A DNA stretch of 63,774 nt, counting the filler, from Octopus bimaculoides (taxonomy: Eukaryota): assembly GCF_001194135.2 (NCBI RefSeq). It is 6 parts of 6 records of this genome, joined end to end, with 100 filler letters (N's around TTAATTAATTAA, not from the genome) between each part and the next. Parts side by side here need not be neighbours in the genome. Positions count along the whole stretch, not along the records: positions 1 to 29,006 come from NC_068984.1; 5 more parts are not named here. One strand, written 5' to 3'. The notes under the pieces were generated by a model, which saw only the letters and a list, made by a program, of their open reading frames with translations, was not told the origin of the DNA and made no database searches. Positions within the stretch are counted from its first letter, which is position 1, and every line of letters begins with the position of its first letter. This document shows, in pieces, positions 12,752 through 26,738 of the stretch. Position numbers and translations under genes: made by a program.

Positions 12752-12955
12752 CTTACTCTTTTACTTGTTTCAGTCATTTCACTGCGGCCATGCTGGAGCA
12801 CCGCCTTTAGTCGAGCAAATCGACCCCAGGACTTATTCTTTGTAAGCCTAATATTTATTCTATCGGCCCCTTTTGCCGAACCGCTAAGTTACGAGGACGT
12901 AAACACACCAACATCGGTTGTCAAGCGATGATGAGTACAAACACAGACACACAAA
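12752..12955 (-). mobile_element. Family B SINE 3' half
   Basis: TTACTTGTTTCAGTCATT..GCCATGCTGGAGCACCGCCTTTAGTCGAGCAAATCGACCCCAGG. Confidence 0.9.
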
Positions 12956-13010
12956 ATTGCTCTTTCTTAAAATGTTCACATTTAGGCTCAGCATAAATCA
13001 TTAGCTATGG

Positions 13011-14662
13011 TCTTCTTTAAACATTTTCATGCGATGGTACTATGACCCTTGAAATTTAAACATGTTTCCATCATACTGCTGAAGGGCATCCTAGTTTACT
13101 TGCTAATCCTTTCTAGAATTTTCTTTCATCCGGAGCCAACTAATAGGTGTTTTATTAAAATCCAACTTTCAGCTTCGGCTACCATTTTCTTGTTCTCTTC
13201 GTTCTTTGCTTTTCCAGTTTTAATTTGAAATATTATCACGCTCATGCCAAAATTTTTCCTGCTAGTTCATTCTTTATACGCGAAAAGTCTTTTACAAAAA
13301 AGAAAATATTATTATTGTTGGAAACAAAACTAAGAAAGCCAAAACAAAGCTAAACACATCAATACTTTATCAAAAAGTTTAAAGTATGGTATAAAACTGA
13401 ATTTTACAAATTGGCAAAAAATATACGCAAAAGACATTTAAAAACTCCATCGTATGTTATATGATAGTTAACTGAAAATTCAAAATTGTTTATTTCCTCT
13501 AATTAAAAGTTTAAGTAAGGTTCTAAATGAAGAAAATTTCTTAGGATAAAAATATAAATTGAAAACATGTTTTAGATAATAAAACAAGACGATCCACCAC
13601 CGAATGAAATAAAATAAGTTATAAGAAATTTTAATGAAGATAACTATAACACAGAACATCTGTTACATCTTTAGATTCTTAATGCATACACACTTACACA
13701 ATAGTTAGCTAGAGACCAACACGCCGATACAAGGTTTACTTTTGGTTATTAAAGAAAAGAAAATGAGTATCTAGAAAGAAAAAGAACGGAGATATTTGAC
13801 AAATACCAAAAATAAGACGAGAATATGAATAAAAAATTATACTCAGAAGTGAACAAAAAATCTTGAAGTAAAATGCTCCAGAAATGGCTGACAGATTTCA
13901 TGTAAATGCATGATTGTACTCGGCAATGCAATTTACTGCACCTGATAATACACGAGAGAAAGAGATGAGGTATTTGTTGCTGGAATGCTTTTGATCAACT
14001 AGAATCAGTTTGAGGTTAAATAACAAGAACAATAACCATAGCAACATCAGCAATTTCAACAACAGATGTTGGTACACTAGACTGGGCAGTGAGCAAGTAC
14101 AAGGTGTCGCGACGACGGCCACCCTCCACTTCGCACGACCCGGCACCATATCTCTGGTCGATCGAACCTAGCCCGCGGCAATTCAAAAACTGAAATAATA
14201 ACACTAATCTTCAAAGAAATTTTTGTCAGAAATGTTAGACTTCTTCGACTTGCTCTCAGCAAATGAATTTCTACTTTTGAACTGTTTACATTCATTAATT
14301 GATTACTTTTTGACTCTATCAGTTTTCGTTTCTTTCTCTACTCTGCCAAGCATTGACTTTAGAGTTAGATTTCTCGCAATTAGATCTTTTAAGACAGCCT
14401 AACTATGCTATTTTGTTTTCATATTGTATTTGGTTTGCAAGATTGTTGATGAGAACTCGTGTATTGAAACAAATTTCATTGTATCTGAGGAGGGGCGTTA
14501 TTCCGATAATAACCACACGCATTGATTGTGTTTTACTTCTTTTATTTTTGTATTATTTATTTAAATAATTGGGTTTGATCTTCTTTAGACATGCTCATGC
14601 GATGATACTATGACCCTTGAAATTTAAACATGTTACCATCATATTCCTGAAGGGCATCCTAG
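13011..14662. repeat. Pair of 84-bp direct repeats (13011-13094, 14579-14662) bracketing about 1.5 kb
   Basis: Ungapped manual alignment: 77 of 84 positions identical. Confidence 0.85.
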
Positions 14663-14804
14663 CACGGAATTTTGTCAGTGAACAGGTCACGGTTTCAAAG
14701 CGACGGAAATATTTTGACAAATTAAATTTAAATATTGAAGTGAATCTAACGGTTTATGTGTGTTTTTAAATGGCTTATAAACACCTTACACGCTGCAATT
14801 TTCT

Positions 14805-14847
14805 TTTATTATTATTATCATCATCATCATCATCATCATCATTATTA

Positions 14848-14922
<75 letters not shown>
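14805..14922. repeat. (TTA)n/(TCA)n microsatellite
   Basis: Direct reading. Confidence 0.95.
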
Positions 14923-14923
<1 letters not shown>

Positions 14924-16412
14924 CTAATTCGTTGACATTTATCCAATTAACTAAACGATTGTTGAATTAATCGTTCGTTGAATCAATTAATCAGCCATGT
15001 TTTCAAAATCCTTTCGTCGCCGTTCATACCTTCTCATCAACAACATATTCCCTCTATTCCAAGTCTGATTCCGATCTATCTGGAATAAAAGGTGTATGTC
15101 ATTGATGAACTGGTGAATGGTGACGAAAGCATCTTGATAAACCTAGCAAATTATTTTGATTGATTGACCGAAAGATTTGTTAACCAATCGATTACCTAAT
15201 TGATTAAATTTTAACGAATTGACTAGTAATAATAAATTATGTGAAATTGAACCACTGAGTGTGTCTGCTATTGCCATAATGACTCCTCCGTGATACAACG
15301 AAATATACTATACTAATATTTTCTACAATAACAAATATGATGGTATAAAGATGATATCAGGTGTTTCTTCCCTTTCGATGAGACGACATTTTGCCACATG
15401 TTTTTTTTTTTTTACTCTTGCATCAGTTTTGAAGAGATGTACAGAATTATATTCCTCTCATTGAGATGCTTTGGTGTATAGTTAAAAAAAAATGATTAAG
15501 AAATAATGAAATTTTATTATTTACAATTTGCATCACATTTTTCTGAGCTTTTCTGAGCAGTTCTTGAACGCTTGATTTAATTTACTTTCTATTGTCATGT
15601 TTTCTTATTGTGGACCTTACAAGCTTTAACAGTTTGAAAACGTGGATAATTTTTCTTCCGCCCCAAGCCTTTTTAAAACATCGCATTCAATATCCAAATG
15701 TCTTTATTTTCCGATTCCTTTTCTCACTACTGCCTTCAGTCTCACTTTATGACTTCTTTCTAAACATCTTGAATGGAAAGTAAGTCCAAAAGCAGCGGCC
15801 AGAAAAAAATTATCCACAATAAAGTGTTCAGAAAAAGAGCGAATGGAAATACTGTTTTGTGAGTGTAGAATATTGCTGACTTACCATTGTGAGTGTAAGA
15901 TTGGAAATGTGAAGAGGAGAATGAAGGACTGATGTGGGAAGGAAGTAATGTATGATTACAGTTAGTTAAAGGTTTACTCGATACATGGGATTTAACCGGT
16001 TGCATCTCTAGCTTAAGCTATATAAACTGTACTGTATCTCTCCTCTCTCTCTCCCTCTCTCTCCTTTCCTCTTTTTCCCCGCTCTTTCCCTCTCTGCCTT
16101 CCCCTCCCCTTCCACATCTCTCTCTCTTTCTGTGCCTGTCTGACTCTCTCTCTTTCTTTCATACACATTATGTTGTGCTGATATACAACATATGTAGTTA
16201 CAGACATTGCTGTCATGCTGATATTATTATTGCCAATTAGATTTTCAACAACAGTCGGAGGTTGTTAGTGACGATCTTGTTGATTGTATGGCCATCGGTG
16301 TTTATTTATTTATTTCCTTGTGTACTATCCATCATGACATCAATTTGACGAAAAATGGTTCATGGCTATAAACAGATATTAACGGTAATTTATTACCGGG
16401 TACCTTAGCTAG

Positions 16413-16453
<41 letters not shown>

Positions 16454-17269
16454 NNNNNNNNNNNNNNNNNNNNNNNNNNNNNNNNNNNNNNNNNNNNNNN
16501 NNNNNNNNNNNNNNNNNNNNNNNNNNNNNNNNNNNNNNNNNNNNNNNNNNNNNNNNNNNNNNNNNNNNNNNNNNNNNNNNNNNNNNNNNNNNNNNNNNNN
16601 NNNNNNNNNNNNNNNNNNNNNNNGGTATTTAGGGAGGAAATCTTATGACCACTTCTATCGTAAATCAACTTGTCAAATGGGGCATTTATTATACACTATT
16701 TTAGTATTAAATTTGTTGTTTCTGTAGTGTAATAACTGAATGTTTATTGCAATTGCATTTAAACAACCATTAATTCTGTATATGTCTATTAATTTAGCCA
16801 AAGAAGTAAATTTATTAAACTCAATGATACATTGTAAATATAATTATGAAATATCAGTAAAGTTGATGGGACTAATGGATTTAGAAATGTTTCTGTTTAT
16901 TGTGGTGCTTTAAACAAACAGAACTAAAAAGCAAGTACGAAAAATATCTTAAAAGTCTAAGTTCTGCATCGTGCTTTTTGAATTAATGATTCCAAGAACT
17001 GTTGCCAACCAACTACACACATACAAATACACTCACACGCACGCACGCATACAGACCAATCATTTTCTACTACACTTATGCACACACAAATTTAGATATG
17101 TGCATATGCAATATGTATTAATATGTGTATGTGGGTTTCGGATTAAAAGTTGACTATGAAAATGTTCATCTAAATGGAAATTCTAAGGAGTCCCAACTGA
17201 AATGTGACTGGTCAGTCACCGTGATAATTTGAACCACTTTTTTTTTTCAATAATAATAGTTATAATAAT

Positions 17270-17482
17270 CGTTTCTAATAACGACACAAGGCCTGAAATT
17301 TGTGGGTAGAAGATGAGTGGATTACATTACCCCAGTGTTTCACTGGTACTTAATTCATCGACCCAAAAGAAAAAGCAACGTCGACTTCGGCGGCAATTGA
17401 ACTCAGAGCGTTGCGACGGGCAAAGTTCCGCTAAACATGTTGTCTAGCATGCTAACGATTCTTCCAGCTCGCTGCCTTTAAG

Positions 17483-17538
<56 letters not shown>

Positions 17539-17690
17539 CTCTTCTATTATAGGCACAATGCCTGAACTTTTGGTGGGAAGGGACTAGCTGATTTAATCGA
17601 AACCAGTGTTTCACTGGTACTTTATTTATCGACCCCGAAAGAATGAAAGACAAAGTCGAGCTCGGAGGAATTTGAAATCAAAACGTAACT
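17270..17690 (-). mobile_element. Two family A SINE copies separated by (AAT)n
   Basis: Reverse-complement matches at 17270-17480 (full) and 17540-17690 (5'-truncated). Confidence 0.8.
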
Positions 17691-18148
17691 CCAGTAAACA
17701 CAGTTGTAAATGGTTAAACTCTGCGATGGACCGGCATTCCGATCAGGAGGAATATTGGCCTTCACCCTTAGCCAGCGAGGAAGCATCATTCGACAGCTTA
17801 AACGAAGCAAAGCTCATTGAGACCAGAGATTGATGACAACAACCGATTTTCTGATTTGTCATACATTCACGTGATGTTACATAATATTCGTCAGTCTGTT
17901 TTCTATTGTGCAATAGCAACTACGCTACACGTAACTAAAAGACGTGAGAAAAAATTCATTCAAGTACCACTTGAGGAAAACATTGTCAAATGAAGCAAAA
18001 GAAGAACCGTCTTGTAAGTTTAATGGATGGTGGATTTGCTTTTCTAACAGCATTTCAATGTTATTTTCGCAAACAAAATGGAAGACATTCGCCTTGAGCA
18101 TTCCACAAATTCCACAAATTCTTAAACACATTAATTATTAGATGCATT

Positions 18149-18367
18149 AAGGCGGCGAGCTGGCAGAAACATTAGCACGCTGGACGAAATGCTTAATGGT
18201 ATTTCGTCTGCCGCTACGTTCTGAGTTCAAATTCCGCCGAGGTCGACTTTGCCTTTCATCCTTTCGACGTCGATAAATTAAGAACCAGTTGCGTACTGGG
18301 GACGATCTAATCGACTGGCCCCCTGCCCCAAAACTTCGAGCTTTCTTCCTACAGTACAAAAGAATAT
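18149..18367 (+). mobile_element. Family A SINE, full length
   Basis: AAGGCGGCGAGCTGGCAGAAACATTAGCACGC..GTTCTGAGTTCAAATTCCGCCGAGGTCGACTTTGCCTTTCATCC..ACAGTACAAAAGAATAT. Confidence 0.9.
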
Positions 18368-19027
18368 ATCGTTTTTCATTATTCACGAGCTCTTACCAAC
18401 GTTCTACACAGCCTGTCAGTGCCTTGGCGTTAAATATCAAATGCCCTAAATCCTAAGATTTCATCAAACCAGATTTTCTATAGAAACGTGGTTCATTTGT
18501 TTGTTAGCAGAGAATGGACATCACATATATGAAATAAGGTATTTTACCATTAGGAACCGAAACCGGATAGCAGACTCACCCTCATAACATTCTAATTTTT
18601 TCTACATTACTCTCTGAAGTTGTATGAGTTTCTTTTCATTCATTTTATAGATTCCAAAAGTTTTCGAAAATATTTTCAATATTCATTTTATTTTCTTTAA
18701 AATTACAGTAATTCAAATCGAAAATATTTTCCTACGTTTTTTCAAATATATATATAAAAAAAATGCTATCCAGGGTGTGAGTGGTTAAAATGTTATATAG
18801 TATATTCTCATATTGAAAAACCAAAATATTCTAAAAAGAAGTCTAAATATAAATGGAACTATATTAAATTATCACAATGTGTACAACGTTATATATCGTC
18901 TTACAGCTATGATGTAAACGACAGTGTTAATAAAACATCATAGTATTGTGATAAAAAAAAAACATGTACGTTTCGTTAAGTAGCTTGCTGAAAGAACTAG
19001 GAATCAACTATCTTCTTTTTTTAGCTT

Positions 19028-19238
19028 TATTACTTGTTTCAGTCATTTGACTGCAGCCATGCTGGAGCACCGCCTTTAGTCGAGCAAATCGACCCCGGGA
19101 CTTATTCTTCGTAAGCCTAGTACTTATTCCAACGGTATCTCCTTTGCCGAACCGCTAAGTCACGATGACATAAACACACCAGCATTGGATGTCAAGCAAT
19201 GCTACGGGGACAAACACAGACACACAAACACACACACA

Positions 19239-19297
<59 letters not shown>

Positions 19298-20357
19298 NNN
19301 NNNNNNNNNNNNNNNNNNNNNNNNNNNNNNNNNNNNNNNNNNNNNNNNNNNNNNNNNNNNNNNNNNNNNNNNNNNNNNNNNNNNNNNNNNNNNNNNNNNN
19401 NNNNNNNNNNNNNNNNNNNNNNNNNNNNNNNNNNNNNNNNNNNNNNNNNNNNNNNNNNNNNNNNNNNNNNNNNNNNNNNNNNNNNNNNNNNNNNNNNNNN
19501 NNNNNNNNNNNNNNNNNNNNNNNNNNNNNNNNNNNNNNNNNNNNNNNNNNNNNNNNNNNNNNNNNNNNNNNNNNNNNNNNNNNNNNNNNNNNNNNNNNNN
19601 NNNNNNNNNNNNNNNNNNNNNNNNNNNNNNNNNNNNNNNNNNNNNNNNNNNNNNNNNNNNNNNNNNNNNNNNNNNNNNNNNNNNNNNNNNNNNNNNNNNN
19701 NNNNNNNNNNNNNNNNNNNNNNNNNNNNNNNNNNNNNNNNNNNNNNNNNNNNNNNNNNNNNNNNNNNNNNNNNNNNNNNNNNNNNNNNNNNNNNNNNNNN
19801 NNNNNNNNNNNNNNNNNNNNNNNNNNNNNNNNNNNNNNNNNNNNNNNNNNNNNNNNNNNNNNNNNNNNNNNNNNNNNNNNNNNNNNNNNNNNNNNNNNNN
19901 NNNNNNNNNNNNNNNNNNNNNNNNNNNNNNNNNNNNNNNNNNNNNNNNNNNNNNNNNNNNNNNNNNNNNNNNNNNNNNNNNNNNNNNNNNNNNNNNNNNN
20001 NNNNNNNNNNNNNNNNNNNNNNNNNNNNNNNNNNNNNNNNNNNNNNNNNNNNNNNNNNNNNNNNNNNNNNNNNNNNNNNNNNNNNNNNNNNNNNNNNNNN
20101 NNNNNNNNNNNNNNNNNNNNNNNNNNNNNNNNNNNNNNNNNNNNNNNNNNNNNNNNNNNNNNNNNNNNNNNNNNNNNNATATATATATATACGACGGGCT
20201 TCTTTCAGTTTCCGTCTACCATATGCACTCACAAGGCTTTGGTCGGCCCGAGGCTATAGCAGGAGACACTTGCCCAAGGTGCCACGCAGTGGGACTGAAC
20301 CCGGAAGCATGTGGCTGGTAAGTAAGCTACTTACCACACAGTCACTTCTGCGCCTAT
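19028..20357 (-). mobile_element. Family B SINE; tail and head flank a gap in its central microsatellite
   Basis: Tail at 19028-19240 and head at 20190-20357, same orientation, on either side of the N run. Confidence 0.8.
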
Positions 20358-20814
20358 ATATCTGGTAATGTAATAGTTAAGGTATTGCTTTAACTTCAAT
20401 TTGCTTTAACTTCTCAAAGTTCAGGTATTTTTGTGTTGTTAGTCATACGCTCTTTCGTTCTGGTGACAGCGGTATCTTACAGACGAATTTAATGATACCA
20501 TTAAATGTTACCGTAGGACAGTTGGAAGTGAATAAATATTCTTTAATTAAATCTGGAAATAATTTAACCTTACCTTGCGCATAAGCTTGAATCGAACAAA
20601 TTAACTCTTATTAGTTTGGTCGTAATTGGTCTTAAATTTAATAGTCGTTATTTCTACACTGTATTGTATTGTAGATATTTCACTTTGTGTCCTGAATCAC
20701 ACACGTATACCCACATGCTCACAGATTATCACCAATCTATCTCTCTTTCGTGTGTTTGTGTGTGTATGAATGTGTACGTGTATGTATGCATATGCATATG
20801 TGTTCGTATTCTTT

Positions 20815-21110
20815 TATTCTTTTGGCTGCGGCCATGCTGGAGCACCGCCTTTAGTCGAACAAATCGATCCCAGGACTTATTCTATGTAAGCCTAGTACTT
20901 ATCCTATCGTTCTCTTTTGCCGAACCGTTAAGTTACGAGGACGTAAACACCAACATCGGTTGTCATATTCCGTCTACCAAATCCACACACAAGGCTTTGG
21001 TCGGTCCGAGGCTATAGTAGAAGATACTTGCCCGAAGTGCCACGCAGAGGGACCGAACCCGGAGCCATGTGTTTGGGAAGCAAGCTACTCAGCACAAACC
21101 CACGCCTGCG
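20815..21110 (-). mobile_element. Family B SINE lacking the central microsatellite
   Basis: Tail joins the head part directly at ..CGGTTGTCA|TATTCCGTCTACCAAATCC. Confidence 0.85.
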
Positions 21111-21118
21111 GTATATAT

Positions 21119-21191
<73 letters not shown>

Positions 21192-21253
21192 TACCTCTCT
21201 CTCACTATATAGATAGTAAGTAGATAGATAGATAGATAGATATACATGAGTGT

Positions 21254-21300
<47 letters not shown>

Positions 21301-21666
21301 GAGAGAGAGAAACAGGTATAGAGAAAGAGACAGTGGGAGAGATCTATTAATGTAGAGTAGATAAAGATGGCTCGTATTCCATTACTCCAAGTTTCATGGC
21401 GACAGAAGCAATTATCAAATGGATTTTCAGCTAGTTTCTTTAGTTCTTTTTTCTTTTCCTTCGGTATCCGGTAGCGATACTAAAAGCTTACAAACGCCAG
21501 TTAGATCTGAGCGCAATGCAAAGTCGGGAAGGAAAATAACTAACGCCTTTGTTGATATGAAACCTAAAGTCATGGTACACTAGTCATCCTTACCAACTAT
21601 GCATTATAATATAGATGGTCTATAATAACGTATTGAATATACTATGCTGTGCCTGTCGTTTCTTTC

Positions 21667-21703
<37 letters not shown>

Positions 21704-21889
21704 CGCGTGCGCAAACTGAAACAGGATATAATTTTGCTATACTCTTTGTTATACATCATAGATTACATAATTTTTACATGTGTTTCACTAGCGTCATGCA
21801 GTAATCATTATAGTGATGATTACATAATTCACTTAGAATGCCAGATCGTCAGATGAAAAAATTCATTTAATCCATTGTTAATTACTAAG

Positions 21890-22020
21890 CTCAGTTTGTA
21901 TTCAACGTGAAATGAATTGTCTTACTCATGAACACAACGCGCAGCCGGTCTGGGAATCGAAACTACAATTTCACGATCGTGAGAGCTACAAACCTAAGCA
22001 TTCGGCCATGCATTTTCACT
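21890..22020 (-). mobile_element. Family E SINE head fragment
   Basis: Reverse complement GCATGGCCGAATGCTTAGG..GTTTCGATTCCCAGACCGG..TGTGTTCATGAGTAAGACA, with A/B-box-like motifs. Confidence 0.65.
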
Positions 22021-22622
22021 TCACAAGTAATTATATATATGTAAGTGTATATGAACCTGTCAGTGTATGCATGTACATATATTTGTCTTTGTCGAGTTAC
22101 TTTACAAGTTTCTACCTTCAAAATTACACTGCCAGAGCATTGGTCGGCTCAGAGTTGTGACAGGATAACATTTCTCAGTGGAGAAATGGGAGTCGGCTTC
22201 CAAAACCTGTTTCTAAAACGTATATCTCATTAGCAGTGTACCTTGCTTATACCTTTAATGAAACAATAAATGTTCAAACATTTTTACTTGATTTATATTG
22301 AATCATAGTCCAACATATATCTGTGTAAAGAATAGACTAATTATGTACGTCCGTGGCCATTTGGTTCAAACGGTGTACATGTATATATAAACTATAAAAA
22401 GTCAGGGGATATGAGAGGTGAATATATTTATTTAATCACTTGTTATCCTTAGGATTACGGCCGGATCTCCTGGATTTTAGCTGCATAGAATTCTGCATTA
22501 TACTCCTCCGTATTGGATTACTATGTAGTATGATAGCCGGATCAACCAACCAGATGAGCTTACTGTGAAGGAGTCATAGAAAAACATACTGTGATACTAT
22601 GAACCCATGTATTGCACTACAA

Positions 22623-22671
<49 letters not shown>

Positions 22672-23479
22672 TTTATAGAGATTCGAAGAAACGGTAAAGG
22701 CATATTCAATTAAAAATAATGATTTCTTCTATTTACTTTGGTGATATATACATACATAAATATACACGCATTTAAAAATGCAGGTGTTCCGTGACAGAAT
22801 TGTCTTTGAGGAAATGTAGGTTTCAAACCTGATCCCAGATCTTGATACTAAGGTTTGCTTAAATTTATGTACATTACTTCATAACTCATGGTAGACTACA
22901 AATTAAATTACCAATTCTATATCTTTCTGAATTGGATGTTCTAGAATCTGTTCTTTAGTTTTATCGAATATAAATTTTAGAGCGAGTTTCTTTTTATATT
23001 TTGTTCCCTGAGTTCATTTGTTCGATTCAAGAATATGTGCAATTCAGAAAGATAATCCATAATTTGCATATATCTAGCAATATCATATATATATATATAT
23101 ATACACGATGGGCTTCTGTTAGTTTCTGTCTACCAAATCCACTCACAAGGCTTTGGTTACCCTGAGGCTATAGCACAGCCATGCTATACTACACAGCTAT
23201 GCCTATAATCTATATCTAACTCTTTTAAAAAAAATACACCTCAAAACGAGTAGCGGAAGACAGAAATATTGAAAGGAATGGTAGTCAAGTTAGTGTCATG
23301 GTCGTTTCTGCCGTGTAGTCCCAGAATTTATAGGGCCAGTCACCTGGTTTCCGTGGCTGCTAAGCAACAGAAGCGATATGCCCCCTATTCTGAACGTGAC
23401 GCAGTTCCATCGCAGGGTTACATATTTACAGCTGACTGAAATTTAGCAACAAGAAATAAAGTGTTTTGCTCATTAGGTC

Positions 23480-24121
23480 GGCCCCAGTACGAAACTGGTA
23501 CTTAATATATCGACCCCGACTGGATGAAAGGCAAAGTCGACCTCGGCGGAATTTGAACTCAGAACGTAAAGACAGACGAAATAACGCTAAGTATTTCGCC
23601 CGGCGTGCTAACGTTTCTGCCAGCTCACCACCTTAAATTATCGATTATATTATTGATAGCAGTGCTACAGTATGACTACAAGCTCAAATATGTAAACCAA
23701 TAAAAACTGTGGGGTAGGGGAGAAGTCGATTACACCGACCTCAGTTTTCAACTGTTGCTTATTTAATCAACCCCCGAAAGGATGAAAGGCAAAGTTGAAC
23801 TCAGCGGCGGAATTTGAACTCAGAACGTAAAGACAGACAAAATACTGCTAAGCATTTCGTCCGGCTTGCTAACGTTTCTGCCAGCTCGCCGCCTTATAGA
23901 TATGCTTTTCTACTCTCGGCACAAGGCCCGAAATCTTTGGAGAGTGGGGTGGGGTGGGGTGGGGTGGGGGCAGTCGATTAGATCGACCCCGGTACGCAAT
24001 TGGTACTTAATTTATGGCAAAGTCGTCCTGGGCGGAATTTGAACTCAGAATGTAAAGACAGCCAAAATACCGCTAAGCATTTTGCCCTGCGTGCTAACGT
24101 CTCTGCCAGCTAGCCACCTCA
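23480..24121 (-). mobile_element. Three head-to-tail family A SINE copies
   Basis: Copies at about 23480-23636, 23700-23896 and 23903-24121; the third carries a (GGGGT)n expansion. Confidence 0.85.
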
Positions 24122-25380
24122 GCGTCACTCATAATTGAATTTCAGTGTATTCTGGCAACTCAGATATTATTCTCAGGAAATATTGAAAAATAATTTAGTT
24201 ATGTTTATTCATTGAAATGATTAATTATTTGATCGATTGTCTTCGTTTAATTATGTTTGCAAACGTGACTTTCTATCTGTTTTTCTTGTCTTGCTGTGCA
24301 TTAGGTAATTTTTCCTTTTCTTTTTCCGGAAACCTTTAATTTATCAATCATAATAGTCAAGGGATCATAGTATTTTTTTAAAGGATCAGCTCTAAATTAC
24401 ACATAATTCACCCCAGTCGCAATATTTCCCGGAAAACTTAATGCATATGGCGTCACATGCTGGTGTAATATACGTTATCAATCTTTCAAATGATAAAACT
24501 GTCATTCTATCTACTTCCTATTGATCAATTTATTTACGCGCCTGCTTTGACTATACAACACAGAAAAAAATTATCTATTTCTCACTCACTCTCTGTATGT
24601 CTGTATATGTACATGTGTAAATGTATACGTGTGTGCTACCGTGAGTGTGTGTGAAAGAGACAGAGAGAGTGAGATTGTTTGTGTGAGAGAGAGAGAGAGA
24701 GAGAGTGGTTGTGTGTGTTTATTTTACTAGTTGTCATTATATGACGAGTAGTAACCTAAAACTTCAAGTCACAGTGAAATTTTTTTCTTGAAAATCTTAA
24801 ATATGAAGTCTACTAAAAAGTCAATAACAATCTCTCGTAGTAAAGTACTTTCATATATATATAACTTTACATTAACAAAACATTTCTACACACAAACACA
24901 CACACACACACAAACACAAACACACACACACACAAACACATAATNNNNNNNNNNNNNNNNNNNNNNNNNNNNNNNNNNNNNNNNNNNNNNNNNNNNNNNN
25001 NNNNNNNNNNNNNNNNNNNNNNNNNNNNNNNNNNNNNNNNNNNNNNNNNNNNNNNNNNNNNNNNNNNNNNNNNNNNNNNNNNNNNNNNNNNNNNNNNNNN
25101 NNNNNNNNNNNNNNNNNNNNNNNNNNNNNNNNNNNNNNNNNNNNNNNNNNNNNNNNNNNNNNNNNNNNNNNNNNNNNNNNNNNNNNNNNNNNNNNNNNNN
25201 NNNNNNNNNNNNNNNNNNNNNNNNNNNNNNNNNNNNNNNNNNNNNNNNNNNNNNNNNNNNNNNNNNNNNNNNNNNNNNNNNNNNNNNNNNNNNNNNNNNN
25301 NNNNNNNNNNNNNNNNNNNNNNNNNNNNNNNNNNNNNNNNNNNNNNNNNNNNNNNNNNNNNNNNNNNNNNNTGCATGATA

Positions 25381-25602
25381 AGGCGGCGAGCTGGCAGAAT
25401 CGTTTGCACGTAGGGTGAAATACTTAGCAGTATTTCGTTTGCCGCTACGGTCTGAGTTCAAATTCCACCAAGGTCGACTTTACCTTTCATCGTTTCGGGG
25501 TCGATAAATTAAATACCAGTTACACACTGGGTTCGATGTAATCGACTTATTCCCTTTGTTTGTCCCCTCTGTGTTTAGCCCTCTGTGGGCAATAAAGAAA
25601 GA
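25381..25602 (+). mobile_element. Family A SINE, alternative-tail subfamily
   Basis: Family A head and body, then ..TTTGTCCCCTCTGTGTTTAGCCCTCTGTGGGCAATAAAGAAA; same tail at 26920-26970 and, reverse-complemented, at 56381-56430. Confidence 0.85.
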
Positions 25603-26738
25603 TATATATAACCCACCTAAGGGATATTGAACGTCGTTTCTTTCTACCAACTACCCCTACAAGGCTCTGATAGGCCGGAGGCCTGAATGCTGGAGTAGAA
25701 GACATTTTTCCAAGGTAGGGCTGAACCCGGAATCATGTGGCTGGAAAGCAAACTTCTGTATATATGCGTCTGACTAATATGCTCGTCTTCCCTCAATGTA
25801 CACCTGTTTATTTGGGGTAACATTTTATTTGGCATCAAACGTTCTAATATAAATTAAATTAACTTTAATTCCGAACGAACGTCTCCAGCGGGAAATACAT
25901 ATTGCATTCAAATCACCTTCGTCTGTCAATCATTAGATATTCATTAACTCAATTTAGAAACGAGAAGTGGGAGTTTTTTTTTTATTTAATATCTTAATTA
26001 TAGTATTTTACTCTTTCCAACCCCGTTTCAAATGACTGACAACTGTTGTGAAAATTGCTTTTATTCTTTCGCAATAATATAGTTCTTTTTCTTTTATTTC
26101 CACGCTATACGATATAATTTCAAGTTCAATTAAGAGTTAGAGAAAATTAACTAAAGTTATTGGCAAGAAAAGAGCAGAAACGAATGTAAAATATCCATTT
26201 GTTGATGACTCATTATTGCCAAAAATGTAAAAAGAGGAAAAAATACAGAAAAATATAAAACGTATCTGAGCCTCTAGCTAGTCACAAACCCCAGCAAAGT
26301 CAGTGCTAACTGGTTGTCTTGTATGTGCTTGTTTTCAACCTCGATGTCAAAGTTATGAGTATTGCCACAAATTACTGCTGTGGAAAAAATCAGTGAAAAC
26401 GTGAAATATTTTGATTGCAGACATATTTTCCCCCTCTGGAAAGATTCAAACACAGAATTGCACTATTGGAACTGTCTTTTATAATGTCACTTTTGTGTGC
26501 CATAAAATTGGGTTTTTTTTATTTACGTTTGCTACATTTCAATAAGTAATTCCATTTAATTCCTCTCCAGTGGTGGTTATAGTTGGTAACACAACAAACT
26601 ATATTTTGCTGCAATAAGAAATTACAGGATAACGGTGTCAAACAATTTGAACTAGTCAAGTAGACACAGCAGTAAAGTAAAACTGGATGATCGTGACTAA
26701 TTTGTGAATATGTGTACGTTTAATAAAAAGGGGAAGGA

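Noticed and set aside
15098-15140. TTGATGA..GACGAAAGCATC hammerhead-like string
   Set aside because: C3 is lost, and stems I and II pair poorly; compatible with chance.
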